From assembly GCA_900088475.1 (NCBI GenBank), contig FLMG01003519.1:20103-84102 (forward strand): a stretch of 64,000 nucleotides of DNA, given 5' to 3'. This DNA is from Hyphochytrium catenoides (taxonomy: Eukaryota > Protista > Hyphochytriomycota). This document shows positions 25,580 to 38,666 of this stretch, one piece after another. The notes under the pieces were generated by a model. It had not been told where the DNA came from. It was given only the letters and a program-made list of their open reading frames with translations, and did not search any database. The position numbers were made by a program, and so were the translations under genes. The stretch's first letter is position 1; every line of letters begins with the position of its first letter.

Positions 25580-26416
25580 TTATGATATACAGCACGAGCG
25601 GACTATCTGGTCAAGACGAAACTCCTTAGCTAACTCCTCTTCCATCAGCGAGAAATCGACGTCTTCGAATCTCATGTATGATCTCTTTGAGAAGAATCGC
25701 CCGTAATCATACTCGTTTACCGTAGGTTCACCGCGAACAGCGATCTCGTAGTATCGGAGTTGGTCGAAGAATCCGTGGTTCACTGACGCCTCTGGTCTCT
25801 TCTCCTTTACAATACTCAGAGCCTCCCTCAGGCTGAACCTGGCGGGATGGGTAAGGTACGCGATGGCAGCTGTTGGGGACCTCGAGATCCCCTGCTCGCA
25901 GTGTATGAAGACTCGGCCACCGCTGGCTTCAGCCTCGTCGATAAAATATGCAATTTGAGGCATATGCGCTATAATAGCGACATCCTCGGGAACATCCTCG
26001 GATGGGACACGCAAATACTTGAGCGACGCAATGCAAGCACTTGATGCCTTCGTAGGCGAATAAGACGTTGTTGCCATTTCAATAGGCTCATCGTTCTCTG
26101 GGGAGAAGTTACATTCAGCTCCATTTACCGTCAGGACTGTTCCCTTCTCTAGTAAAGTCCTGCTTGCTTCGAAGAAGTTTGGGACCCTCGTGGTCACGTT
26201 AAGCACATGTGAGATACCAAGTTGCCGCAAGAGCTCCCCATCCTTTGCATGGTGTTTTGTTCCCACATATATGCTATCTGTTATCTTCGATGGAGGAAGT
26301 TCACAGGCTCTGTCGCTTCCCATACTGCTGCTGCTTGTTGCGGCTTCTTGCTCTTCTTCGTCGTCTTCGTCGCCCTCGTCAGGGAGTTCAAGAGTTCCAC
26401 TGAACCCTCCGCCCAT
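25580..26416 (-). CDS. Dual-specificity protein phosphatase (atypical DUSP), single exon
   Basis: PSKITDSIYVG, LRQLGISHVLNVT, catalytic VFIHCEQGISRSPTAAIAYL, VKEKRPEASVNHGFFDQL. Confidence 0.92.
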   Translation of the reverse strand: MGGGFSGTLELPDEGDEDDEEEQEAATSSSSMGSDRACELPPSKITDSIYVGTKHHAKDGELLRQLGISHVLNVTTRVPNFFEASRTLLEKGTVLTVNGAECNFSPENDEPIEMATTSYSPTKASSACIASLKYLRVPSEDVPEDVAIIAHMPQIAYFIDEAEASGGRVFIHCEQGISRSPTAAIAYLTHPARFSLREALSIVKEKRPEASVNHGFFDQLRYYEIAVRGEPTVNEYDYGRFFSKRSYMRFEDVDFSLMEEELAKEFRLDQIVRSCCIS

Positions 26417-27096
26417 GATCTCATAAGCTAAGCAGAGCTCACTGCGTGATCTCGCTGTCCCTGGAACGGGTCTTTTATCGCCATTTTCAGACTGGTTCGG
26501 TCATGGGTTGTGGTCATCATCAGCAACAAGATTTCTATAGGATTATAGGTCACTGCCAAGGCACCCAACAACAGCAACAACGTCTCTGTCTTACTTTTTT
26601 GGCTCTATCAGCTTCACTTTGGCCGAGGATATCGGGAGCCATACATCACTGGGGTAAAGACTTGAGCTTTAATCACTGTGTTCAGCTTGAGATCCCAAGG
26701 TAGGTCTCTGTCGCAGTTTATTCTGTCTCCCTTGCTTGGTGGATGGTTGAGATGATGATGGCCAACAGCAACAGAAAGAGAACACTGGGAGACAGAGACA
26801 CGACGAAAAGTGAAGGCACAGTTTCTTATCCCTTGACATACAGCCGGTTACGGCTAGTGATCCTGGGGAAGCTCTGTAAATAGTTCCAGCAGCAGAGCTT
26901 CATGTTCCTTGCCATCTTGGTTCCAAGGATTATTTGACCGTGCCGTGTTCTCTCCAAAAGGAAGACTGCAGACTGCAGATCTGCATTATCCGGTCTGTTA
27001 GCTTCAGCTCAAACACACTCTTTAAGCCGCTTGACCCACTGACTGCGGTGGAAAGCATGCCTCAGAGCCTGCGCGAAGAAGCGCCACCTCTAGATT

Positions 27097-27898
27097 ATGG
27101 GGAACTCGGCTAGTGCCCCCACCGACAACCAGCATAGAGTCGACAGGAGGCGTGCGGAACCATCGAGGTGTGATCCGATGCCGTTATCCACTTGCTGTAT
27201 ATGGCCACACTTACCCTAATGCTGCCCGCCCGCCTCTAGTTATGAAGACCATTCATTACCTGCCAATCCCTTTTCATGTGAGTAATCCTTTGGGGTTTAG
27301 TCACTGTTCTTCGGCACTTGAAAGCCGTTTTGTTGTGACTTACAGCTAACTCGACGGTCTTGAAAATGTAGCTCGGAGCCTCTTTAGCGCACCACGACAT
27401 GAAGGCCCAGTCTCGAGAAATGCAGTTTACGATGGAGAATTGGGGGTCGGTAGTCTGGAGGGACGTGTGCCGCAGCCCCGGCATGTATCCCTCGAAGGAC
27501 CCTCCACGAGGCTAGAAAACAATGGACTGGAGCCGGGGATTAAGCTTCTACAAGTGCCTTACAGTACGATGATGGCGGTTGAAACTCAAGCCAACACCGC
27601 CAAGGGAGTAGCAGTTTTGCCTTGTCATCTCTACAGGCCTTCAACAAATTCAACTCCAGATCGGGCCGCTTCCGGAAATGGTGATGGGTACAATCAATGC
27701 GTCATATGTCTAGGACGTTTTAAGGAGGGAGACCGCTTATGCCGGATGCCGTGTCTGCATACTTTCCATCAGGCTTGCTTATTGCAATGGCTCTCTCGCC
27801 ACTCTGCTTGTCCACTTTGCAACAATGAAGTCCAGAAACTGCTGCAGGAAGAAGAGCGGTTAACCCAGCCGCCTAACTCATCCGCAGGTGTATCCTAG
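27097..27898 (+). CDS. N-myristoylated RING-H2 E3 ubiquitin ligase, 3 exons
   Basis: ATG 27097 (MGNSAS...) splices through two GT-AG introns into ORF 27440. The C-terminus has CVICLGRF...MPCLHTFHQACLLQWLSRHSACPLC (C3H2C3). Confidence 0.85.
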
Positions 27899-28039
27899 CG
27901 GACTGACTAACCGTCGGCTGGCGCTCTCTATACGTCTCTCTCGTTCTTCCTGTTCAATAACACCTTGTAAGATAGCTATTTTATTCAGTTGGGGGCTGCT
28001 TTTATAAATTAATACTTGGAAAAGGATGAGGAGCAAATG

Positions 28040-31000
28040 CTACCCAGACTCTCCTTTCTCATCAGTGATTTTCTTCATCACCTTTGTCTGAGACACTTGC
28101 TTCTCCCACAAATCAAGCGTGAGATCTTCTAGTGCGCTATCCTCGGCACCTTTGAAGTAGAAACGGTCGTGATGCATCCTCTGTAACGTTGGGTCAGGAG
28201 CTGCTAGCTGAGCAGCTCCGCCGGTCTTCTCCAGTGCTTCAATCGTCTGAGCTAATCGATACATCTTGGAGATGTACTTCCTCATGCGAAGAGTGCAAGG
28301 TATATGTGGCATCAGACTCTTGCCTGACAGAACCATTTCATTGCCTTCTCGAATCATATCTCGACCTTGAGATAGCCTTGCCTGATTCTCACTTATGAGC
28401 TTTTGTAGAGCCTTGGCCTGTGTCATCCCTAACACTGAGACATCAATGTAATAGACTCCGTTATTATATGCGGGAATCGTGTTCAGGGCTTTTTGGGCTT
28501 CATCGATTACTTCTTCTCCCTTCATAACTAGCAGTTTGCCTTCTTCAATTAGCTTTTGGCCTGACAGTAGACATAGATGAGAAATTGAGATCTTCGACCA
28601 CCCACAGAGAACCGGTACAACCGACAAAACTTCCCACCTTTGCTGCCATCTTTAGAAAGGTGAACTAGCCCTCGTGTCCTGGCCTCAAAGACCCATTTTC
28701 CGATTCCAAGAATGACATGGAAGTTCTCAAAACCCGGTGGTAGCCGCCGAGCGTTGCGGTACAGCCTTCGTGCTAGATTCTGAGACTGATAGAGAGCTTG
28801 CCGAACGTCCGCTGTCCGCATCCGCAACATGTGTGCAAAGTGTACGTCTGAGATCTACGGAGGAAAGTGCGAGTCTTTAGTAAAAGCTTTGCAGTGGCTT
28901 GGACCTGACAGTATAGATAGGTCGGACAGGACTTTTTAAAATTTAGGGGTAGCATATCGAGAAAGTAAGCCCACTAGCCATTGCCGAGGTAACCGCTGAC
29001 AAGGGTTGTCAAGGAGGAGAATTAGGAAGAGAAGCCATTGCCCAAATTTCATCGAACCTTTGATTGATAGTCAACTCCGTCCTCCCAGTTCTCGGCGGAC
29101 ACTGCACTGCTGGAAGACCCCTCACTGCTGCTGCTGTAGACTGTGGTAGTCTCATCTCCTTCTTTGCTAGCCTTTCCTCCTGATATTCCTCTCTCCTTCT
29201 GTTGCATGGTCCAGCAGCTTTGAAGAATGTTACCGTGAAAGGAACGGCGGATAATGACGCCCAAAGCGCTAATAGCGTATGCACTTTCCCAGGTGCTGAA
29301 ACCAATTACGGCGTCAGAGCTTGGGTCATCGCCAAACACTTGGTACGTGCCGTCTCTTGGTGCCTGAGAAGGGTGAAGGTAATGATACAAACGTTAGGCC
29401 ACATAAACAGCTGATTGGCACAGAGTTTGTGCCAATTAACTACTGATTGAAAAAGCCATGACTTAAGTTCCTTTCGGGGTAACAACAGGAATCGGGACCG
29501 CCACGTATCGCTCTTAATTCTTGCTTCGCCTGCCACAACTCTCTGCTTTGTATAGCTCTTCTGTTCACCAGTTCTCACTGACCTGACCAAACCACTGACT
29601 CTGGTGACCTCCGTCTGTCATAAATCGGATGCCAACCGGCGTTCCATCTAGGCAAACGTCTACTCGCACCACGATCTCTAACTCAGGAGCCTCAAATCGG
29701 TGCTCAGTGCCGTAAGCCCGGCCTTAACGAAAGGATGAAGCAGTGGATTTATTGTCGGAGATAGCTATTGAGTGAGTAGTGTAACTTCAGCTTACCAGCC
29801 AAGAAACCTTTGAATTGACATCCACCAGCTCTGTACCAGCACTGAATACCCTCCAATCGCTCCTTGAAGAAAAGGGAGACAGCGGTCAAATGAGCTACCG
29901 GACTGGGATCCACATCCTCCCGATAGTCTCCTTCAGTTCTGCCACAGGGCGGAAGCTTAAGTAGCTGGAGACATAGTAGAACGTGTGCGTTAGGAGCTGG
30001 CTGAGAAGGAGGCATATATACCCAGTACGTGGGGTACGACCTTGTACATTGGAGCGAAGCGCTCCTCAAATGCCGTAAAAAGTAGTCTTCTTTCTAGCCT
30101 CAACCTCTCGCCAACCTCCTCTCCCCATCGTTCAAGCAGATTCTTCATTGTAGGGTGGCGCCGATTTAATCTCTGTCTGTAGGCCGCCCTCCATCGTGAG
30201 AACTTTGAGATTCTAGAGGAATAGAGACCCCGATCGAAGAAGACAACAGCATCGGAGAGTAGAGAGAGATCATGCGATAACCGTTTATCCATAAAAGCAC
30301 GCACAGCATGCCTCTCTGTAATCGTGTATTGAGGCTTCAGGTGCAACTTTAGCGCATAAAAGATCCGCTGAAGAACGCGAAGCTTAGCCCTGACGTAGAA
30401 GTGTTAGTCTATCATTTTGCCTATCCGGCGTTCTCGGATGTGATCCCTCTCATAATGGATTTGCCGTGCTCTAACATTTGCTATGTCAGTTTTTCCCACC
30501 TCCTTCTGCAGTATTTAATCCTTATAATTCGTTCTCGAGCTCTGGCTTTTTGATTACCTTGTCCTGTTGGTCTCAATTATTTTGCGTCTGATCCTCTTTC
30601 TCTGGCACGTCTCCACCCATCGAAGGAAGATCCCCTTCTCATCTTGTCCTAAGCTCTGATATGTGGCTTCCACACCCTGAGGCCGAGTGTCTGTCTTGAG
30701 ATAGCCGCTAAAGAGCCCTAACAGGTACTGCCAGACGAGGTGGGAAGAGTTGTGTCACGGGATGATTGGGAATTGGATAAGGGTCAACGATATAAGGTGT
30801 TGAGCAAAGGAAGAATGATACGCGGAACCTCAACTTCATCTACTCTTACCCTTCTTCTCCTAAGCTCTTTAGGCAAGTTGGGCGAGGCATACTTATGCCT
30901 CTCTTTAACCCAGAGCAGCCAGCGAGAGAAGATACCCCACTTTTGCTTTAGGGTGTGAAAGAGAGGCATTCCACGTAGGAGGTATCTATGGCGGGCGCAA

Positions 31001-34000
31001 ATCTTGAGCCAGTGCCGTAGCTGAGCCCGGTTCCTAAGAGGGATAGAACTGTTTGCAGAGGAGAGAGGTAGAGATTGGTTGAGTAGCGAGTTCGTACGCG
31101 GAGGTGAAGCATGTAGTTTGAACGGGAAGTTTGTGACCAGCGATGTCGAAAAGAATGAGAGACAGACACGAACGCCTATGGCTAGAATTCCTCCGCTCCC
31201 TTCTCCGCCGTTCCCTAAAGTCTTAACTTTTGGCACCCTATTTGCCGAACGTCTCCGTGCCCCAGTCCTATATAACCTTTCGTTGACTCCATCCTTTAAA
31301 GAATCTTAACTTTGTTCTCACCCTTGGTTTGCACTTACTATTTTGTCTCTATAATGTAGAATCTCCAAGCCCTGAGGACAGCTTTCAGGGTTCTCTCCTT
31401 ACACTGCTCCTGCAGGCCTTGAAATACTTTATCCATCGCGTCATGCAGTACAACGGCGCGGTTTACGTAGAGCTGTGTGACGAAAGCGGATGAAGATCAG
31501 ACAGTGATCTAAGGTTAGGACCAAGTTGAAGATTGAGGTTCACGGCCGACTAAGGCACTGGATAAGTACGTTGACAGGCGCGCGACCCAGCCAACCCAGG
31601 GCAAGGATCGATAGGTATAAAATACGAACAGGGACGCCTTGGAAAAAGCAAATAACGGAGACGAAAGGCTATGCGAAGCAGGAGTGAACCCTTACTCTTT
31701 TGCCCACATCTTGAACAGCTCGCACTGTGCTCTGCGTGTTCTGCTCCTTTGCTTGGAGCAGAGTTGTTTCTGCCTGAAGAACTTGTTCGCGTTCTTTCTG
31801 CTGTAAGCCCAGACGGAGCTGTAGGTGCTCCCCTTCTCCCTTAACGGCCTGGACCTGCTCCTTTGCTTGTTGTGTCTGTTCTCTAACCTTTGTTGTTCCT
31901 ACGGAGAGATTATCGGAGATGTGATCAAGGAAGGAGACCCACACACAGAAGATAGGCAAGGCGTTTCATATTAGAGCTAACCGCCCAATCAGGTAGAAGC
32001 CATAAAAAGAAAAAGATGAAAGAATCGAGTCTTTAAGGTACTGAGCGAGGTAGGAGCAACCCTGGAAGCAGAATGACCACCGGCAGTCCCACGGAATCCT
32101 TGGCGGCTGACTGAGTGGACACTAGAAAGTGCAAAGGTCTTGGTTACCTTCTCGACGCCAGCGCTCATCCATCTGCCATTCCTCCAGGTGCCTCTGCTTG
32201 GAATCGATAGAGGACTCTCCTCCTTGTTGCCTGATAATCTTGACCTTGTATTGTTGTCGTACGGTAGACGGATCGGCGCTAAAGGGCTTCAGGGTCTTTG
32301 TAAAAGAAATTGACGATGACGAATGATTAGTGTTTAGAAACTGAGCCTCTGGGGAATAAGAGTGCCGAGAAACACGAAGATGGAAGAGGAAGACTCTGTA
32401 TCTTGCTCTGTAAATAGCTAGCAAACTTCTCACTCTTTTTGTTTTTGAGATCTTGGACCAATGGCTGAAGAACTCCCTGGAGGCTTTCTTTCGCCAATAG
32501 GTATCAGCTTTCTTTCGATTTCTTCGCCTCACTACATTGTCCCTCATGCCTTGGAATAGACTGAGCGCAATGCGTACAATTCTCGCTCTCTAGTTGGGAA
32601 AGACGATAGAATTATCGAAGGTTAGGGTTAGAGACAGACATTCAGATGTGTTGAATAGAGGTGTACAAGAAACCTAGGAAAGCTCTGGTCAAGACGATCT
32701 CCCAGGCGATGGTGGACTCTGAAAGGGGATACTAAGAAAGGGGCCAGCTGGAGTAGGCACCTTACCGTGAAGCGAATTATAAACTTCTGGACTTTTGTAT
32801 AGAGCTTGTGCACGGCTAAGAAGGAAGCTTGCGAGGAAAGACCTCTCTCTGGCCACCAAAACTTTTCCATTGCTGGCTGGATTAGAGGCACCGGTTGGCG
32901 GTAGAAAATCTCCTTCAAGTGAGTTTTGGATATCCGCGCACAGTTCTTGCGGCAGTCCAAAAGATATCTGCATGGGCAGTGAGAAATCAACATAAGTCCG
33001 ACAGCCTGCAACCGCGTCTGCAGCGTCCCAGATCTTTGTGTTGATTGAGTTATATAAGGCTTCCCTCCCGAAGGGTATCAACTGGTATACTGGATACTTC
33101 TCTACCCCCTCCTGCTCAGTGACGCCTGGATAGAGTCTTTCGATTGGCATCCAGTTTGTTGGCACTCTTTATCACCATCTCCAGTGCGCTATCTTCTCTC
33201 TCCTCCTTCAACCCTCTTCTTCCTCTCATAGTCGTTGCACCTCATACCTCAGATTATAAAAGATTTCGGAGCAAATGCGCAAATAGTTCTTCTGAGTGTA
33301 CTGATTCCACGCCTACATTTATAAGCCGTAAATGACGTCAGATACGGCTGGCGAACAAGTTGTCAATACGAGAACAAGGTAGTACTTAGGCGATCAGAGC
33401 TATTGACGCCGCCTCTCAAGCCAAGTGGAGATCAAGTTTCATAAATATGGAGCTGGAAGGACTACCAAATCGACCAATGAGTGAGTCAAGAGCCAGGCGC
33501 AGAGGGCCTAAAGGATAGGCGCCGGAGGTGAGGCTAGATAATAAACACCTACCTTCTTAGAAGCCACGGACTGTATGGCCCTGCGCCGCCAGACCACAAG
33601 GAATATCTTCAGCTGATGCCTCCGCACAACAGTATGATAGAACTTCTTTGCACGATTCTTTTTCTCAATCTGTAGCACGTGCATAGGTCCCATAAGCGTG
33701 AGATGCGCGCTTCGGGAAGTCGAGGGACGTGAACAAGGACTCACCTTCCTCATCAGCACGACCCGCATCGCCCTGAAGTGTCGCAGAAGCTGGTACGTGT
33801 TCCAGAGTCTGACGGCGAACTTCGCCTTTCTCCGAACACGAACGGCGAAGTTTGCTTCCCTTCGCCATACATGAAACGGCCAGAAAAGGGAGCGGAACAG
33901 GAAACGCTTCCGAAGGACGTACTGGGAACAGCAGAGGACAGACTTTGTTAGACCCTGGGGCTTACGCCTAGAAAGTGGTGCCAACCACCGCTTGAACGCC

Positions 34001-37000
34001 GAAGGCCGGTGTTCAGAATCTTGAAGTCGGTGTATCTTCTAAGAGGCTTGAGTATCCTAATACCAAGGTCCTGACGCATTCCGCATTCCTCTTTTGTATC
34101 GTATTGTACCTTAGTGTGCGCTCTCCAGGCAACCACTTTTCTGAGTACGTAGTGGTTCATAAGCTTCTGTCGTGCGCAGCTATTTTTGAAAAGCCAGAGC
34201 CATTCTCTCAGCCTGTTTGCTTTGCTTTCTCGGTGGAAGGAGATAAGACGGCTAGTAAACTGCCGCAACTTATACCCACGGTAGAATGTTTGAATCCGGA
34301 CTGCTGCGCAATGGTAGAACGCGGTGAACGCCTGCATTGAGAATCAATGGCAGAAGTTCACCATACTAATGTTATTCAAAAGAAGAGAGTGGGATGCATT
34401 GGATATTGAGGTGCGCACAAGAGAAAGCCATCAGAACGAGGAGTCATGAGATGCATATCTAGCTTTTCCTTCTCGGGGGAATAACAGGCCAGTGAGTCTA
34501 CCTTAAGAAGCTCTTCTTGGTGTTGGTTGATAGAGCCTCCTTTTTGTATAAAATGCTCCTTCATCAGCCCGAAGATGAGAGAAAGCATTGTCTTCCCTTT
34601 CTTCTTCGCCTGAAGTCGCATCAATTCCTCGATTTCAAGCTCTCTCTCCTCCTCATCATCTCCAGCTGCTTCTTCTTCTTTCATCGATGCTTTGGCGCTT
34701 TTCTTTTCGTGCTTCGTAGACCTGAGATCTGCTTTCTTTGCTTTCGAGAGACATTCTTTTGCCTCCGACTCTTTCCTTTGCCGGTACACCTCCCAGTCAA
34801 CAGTGCAGGACTTTCTAGGAAGACAGATCAGGTCAGAAAGCACGAGCGAAGCATCGTACAGTCGCCATCATGCTCCTCTCTTTCTACTCCCAAGCTCTCA
34901 GCTTTGTTAATATGCTCATCTTAGTGTTCTGCTCTCCTGAGGTCACATTCAAGCGATACATCCTCGGGCCCGCGTACCTGATACTTTCTCTTGCACCTCT
35001 CCATCCCTGGGGATGCGTTGCGTTAAGCTTTGGAGCCAGATAGTCGATGGAGTCGAAGACGTCCATTAAAGAGTCGGCGGAAACCTTCACGTGCAATACC
35101 CCATCCACGATGAAGGCTAGGGCAAAGGACCATAGTAAGCGCGGGGTGAGAAGGGATATCAAGGGCGTAAAATAAGCCAAAAAGAATCTGTACAGAAGTG
35201 CCTGGGATCGGAGATAGTTATGTCAAAAGCGAAGTCAGTCGTGCAACCGATTTGAGGCTCCATTTCACTTTGTTAGAAGGCGGCAGTCCGCGGAATGTGT
35301 AGGTAAGTGGAAATGATGTGAACAGGACAGTTCCTGGGTCTACCTTCCCCAATAGGACGGAACAGGGCCAGCTCTATCTCTTCCTCATCGTCGACACTGC
35401 TTATTTCCTCCTCTCCAAGGCCAGATGTGGTCTCCTCTTCTTCCCCGCTGCTTTCCCCTCTGTCGGTCTGCCTCGCAGAATACGCCTTGGAACTCGGCTC
35501 CGCGCAGTCTCCTCCGTCAACCCCGACCGTCCTCGTGGCTATCGTTGACTGCTGTAGCGCAGAACCTCCGTCTTCTACCTCCTTCATGCCCTTTCTCAAC
35601 CTTGGATTCTTGACTCCATTACGTAGGAAAAGGCCTTTGAAAACCTGGGGCATCATATGAGAAATGGATAAAGGGCTATCTTGGTGGTTCTGGTTGACCA
35701 GCGACTTATTGCGCTAGTATCTCTCCTTCATCCTCAAGGTATTGCTATTTTGCAGCCCCTTGCCCCTTTCGCTCCACCGTCACAACCTAACCTCCTCCGC
35801 TAAGCTTTTTGGCTCTGTCCGGAAACTCACCTCGTGGTGGACTGCCATGTCATTAATGCCTTCTTCCCGCAGTCGCACCCGCAGCTTTGTCAATGCTTGG
35901 CTAGTTGTTACTTCTGATTCCGTCCATCTTGCTCTCTTTCCTTCCACAGCAGTGTGTTCCCCTCCTTCCTCAAGAGCATAGAGAGCATCCGCTATAATGG
36001 TGCCGCAGTGTCTGTAGACATCGTTCTGATAGAACTTTGCCAAGTCAAGGATTATCCTTCCCATTTCCTTTCTAGTAAGGCTTACGGGAGGACTATAAAG
36101 AATAAGGAGGAGGTGGGATAGAGAAAGGACTCGTTTGGTCGACAGGGACGGAGGAGATTCCCAGGCTGCTATGAGGTTAGAGAGTGGCTTCACATTCGCC
36201 ATCGACATTGCTCGCTGGCCATTTTGCACAACAGTTGTAGTCTTTCGCCTGAGTCCTATCCTTTCTGTCTCGTGCTCTGCTTTGCTTCGTTCTGCTAAGT
36301 CTGAAGCCTCAAAGGCCTTATTGATCACTGGAGCAGCTGCTCGAACTTTTCTGAGCATGTGCTGTCGCGCGTACTGGTACAAGTCCCGTAACTTTTCCTT
36401 GATCTTTCTCCTTGGCTTTTGTGGCCAAAGCCTAGATAGATACTCCATGTCGACGATATGGCTCTGGTCGTATGAGAGAGTGACAAGAATGTAAGGCAAG
36501 ACGCCAAGGATATCTTCGTCAGCCTTATTAGACCCATATGAACGAGAACAAGCAGGAAGTTCAGTTGACCGAAGAAAAGCGAGGTTGAAACAGATGACGC
36601 TGAAGACCACTCTGCGGAGGTCGGCTACAGAGTTGGTAGGTCAGAGCAGGGTGGGAATCATATTTGTGGATGGACGGAAGAGAGTGGAAGGGAAACCGCC
36701 ACTGAAAGCGAACCATCCACTTATAGGGTATCGGGAAAGTGCCTGACCTCCTCCTCCCTCGACGAGAGCGACACATTGCGACTCTGATGTGAGGGTCCTA
36801 CGGATGGTAGTCCTAAGAGAGAACTTTCTTGAAGGCTCAGCAGAAAGTTGTGAAGATCCTCATCAAGCGTCTTAACGGCTCCAGCAGCCAGCATCTGCTC
36901 CACATCTGCCAACGTAAGAGCGGGGCCCAAACCAATGTTCGCCTGGTGGTGTAAAGAGGATTCAAATCGATAAGATCATATGGCCTATGGTTTAGGACGG

Positions 37001-37706
37001 GGCGACCCTTGGTGCAACCAGCGACAGACTTAAAGCAAAAGAAACCTATCGAAGAACCTCAGCGATCGTAGAGCCGCAAGGATCGAAAAGTGAGGCTCTT
37101 ACGACCTGCAAGCTCAAAGGAGGCAGTATATTTGTTGACGGCAGTGAAGTTCCTGAAAGAGAAGCAGCAGGGCAGCGTCAGCAAGAACAATGAGATAAGC
37201 GGAAACAGAGGTTCAGCCATTGGCAGGGGGATAGACTGATTCCTTGTGTTCGTTCAAGACCCTTTCCTTTGTAACTCTAGGAGAGTAACCCAGAAAGAGG
37301 CTAAACGCCCCGCTGAGAAGAAATATTAATCCATCGGCTAATAGAACAACTGATGGTATGATGGCATGGATATCAAAGGGCCGGAGAAGGACAGACCTAA
37401 GGATTATGGCGTTCTTCCTAATCTCCTTGCTTATCTAACTTAGTCATCTTCTTCTATTCTCCCTCTACGAGGTCTCCCCGTTGTATACTGACCTCGGGAT
37501 ACCCCTTTAAAAGAAGAAGATAGGAGCTCATGTCGAGCTTCGTCGATGGATGAGGAGGAAGGCAGCACGGCGACCGTGCTTGGCCGGTTCCTCTCTGGTT
37601 TAGCAGCATTGGAAGGGCTCTGAGGACTGGGAGCGGAGGACCGGCGGCCTTTATGCAATAGAAGAGTCGCCCACTCCGGACCCTGCACCTCATCCTCGGC
37701 GTATAT
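28040..37706 (-). CDS. Very large multi-exon protein with IQ motif and Sfi1-like (Trp/Arg-rich centrin-binding) repeats; may extend 5' to ~38.5 kb
   Basis: Consecutive same-strand exons. IQ motif AAVRIQTFYRGYKLR. Repeated F/L-x-x-W-R/K units: KVVAWRAHT, FHVWRREA, FLVVWRRRA, FFSHWSKI, LRHWLKI, FSRWLLWV, LLERWGEE. Not every junction was resolved, so this could be two genes. Confidence 0.6.
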
Positions 37707-38666
37707 CTAAGAGACAGAGTTCAGGAGACGAGTTTAGTGCTCTTCTCTCTGTCTCTTTTCCTTCTCTTGCTCAGTCTCTCTCTGTGTCCCTCAGCCATCT
37801 TCTCCCTTTCTCCATGTTCGTCCATCTCTTCCCACTTCTCTCCCTCTATCTTTTCATTCTCGTCTTCACTGATGCTCCAACAAAGTACCTATCCCTGTTT
37901 TTAATGGGTCACATGCTACAACGTCTTCCTTAATGGTCTCATCTTTACCTTGCCAGGAGGTCGCCCACTTGTCTTCTTCGCCAAATCTGGAAGCAACCTT
38001 TCCTTCTTGCCTGGGCTGCCCTCAGTGACAAAGCTCATTCTTGCAATAGTCCAAACCTGAAGGCCAGGACGCTGCAGAAGTTCCCAGGTTGAGCTATACT
38101 AAGTCTCTGAGGCTGGGTAGCGCATTGGGCTTATCCTTGTGCCTGTAAAGGACATCGCTGTGGAAATGGCTCGTCTCTCTCCGACCCAGAAGCGTGATGT
38201 TCTTATGATCCTATCATGGAGGTACTCATTTGCATCCGTCATACTTCCACCTCTTCAAACTGTCAGCATCAGCACTGGCGTCTGTCTTTCTACACCGATC
38301 ACCGGCAGACAATGCGTGAGCGGGGACATGCTGGACTTGAGCTTGATGGGAACCTTCTTCCTATTGGCGGCGGCGGCAGAGGACGGGGTGCTGCTGGTCT
38401 GCAGACGAGGGAGACAGGCAGCCCCATACTTCGGGTCCTCCGTGTACCGTGGACAGAGAGCCTTGTAACGCCGCAGCCTTTCGACAAACACGACATGTAA
38501 CCTTATTCGGAATACGGTGTATGATGCAATCATGAATCCGGAATGATAGTCTTTGTTATTAGAAATACCTCCACAGAGACGTGAATAAGTTATGCTTCGA
38601 GACAGCTAACAGTTTATAATGAGGGACGGTAAGCAGAGGTCCGGTCCTTCAACACATGGAAACTCT

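Noticed and set aside
37140-37290. A second apparent GG donor (CAC AA|GGAATC) in the Sfi1-like gene
   Set aside because: A fully canonical phase-1 alternative (SRG|TSLPSTNILPPLSLQ|ANIG) explains the region.
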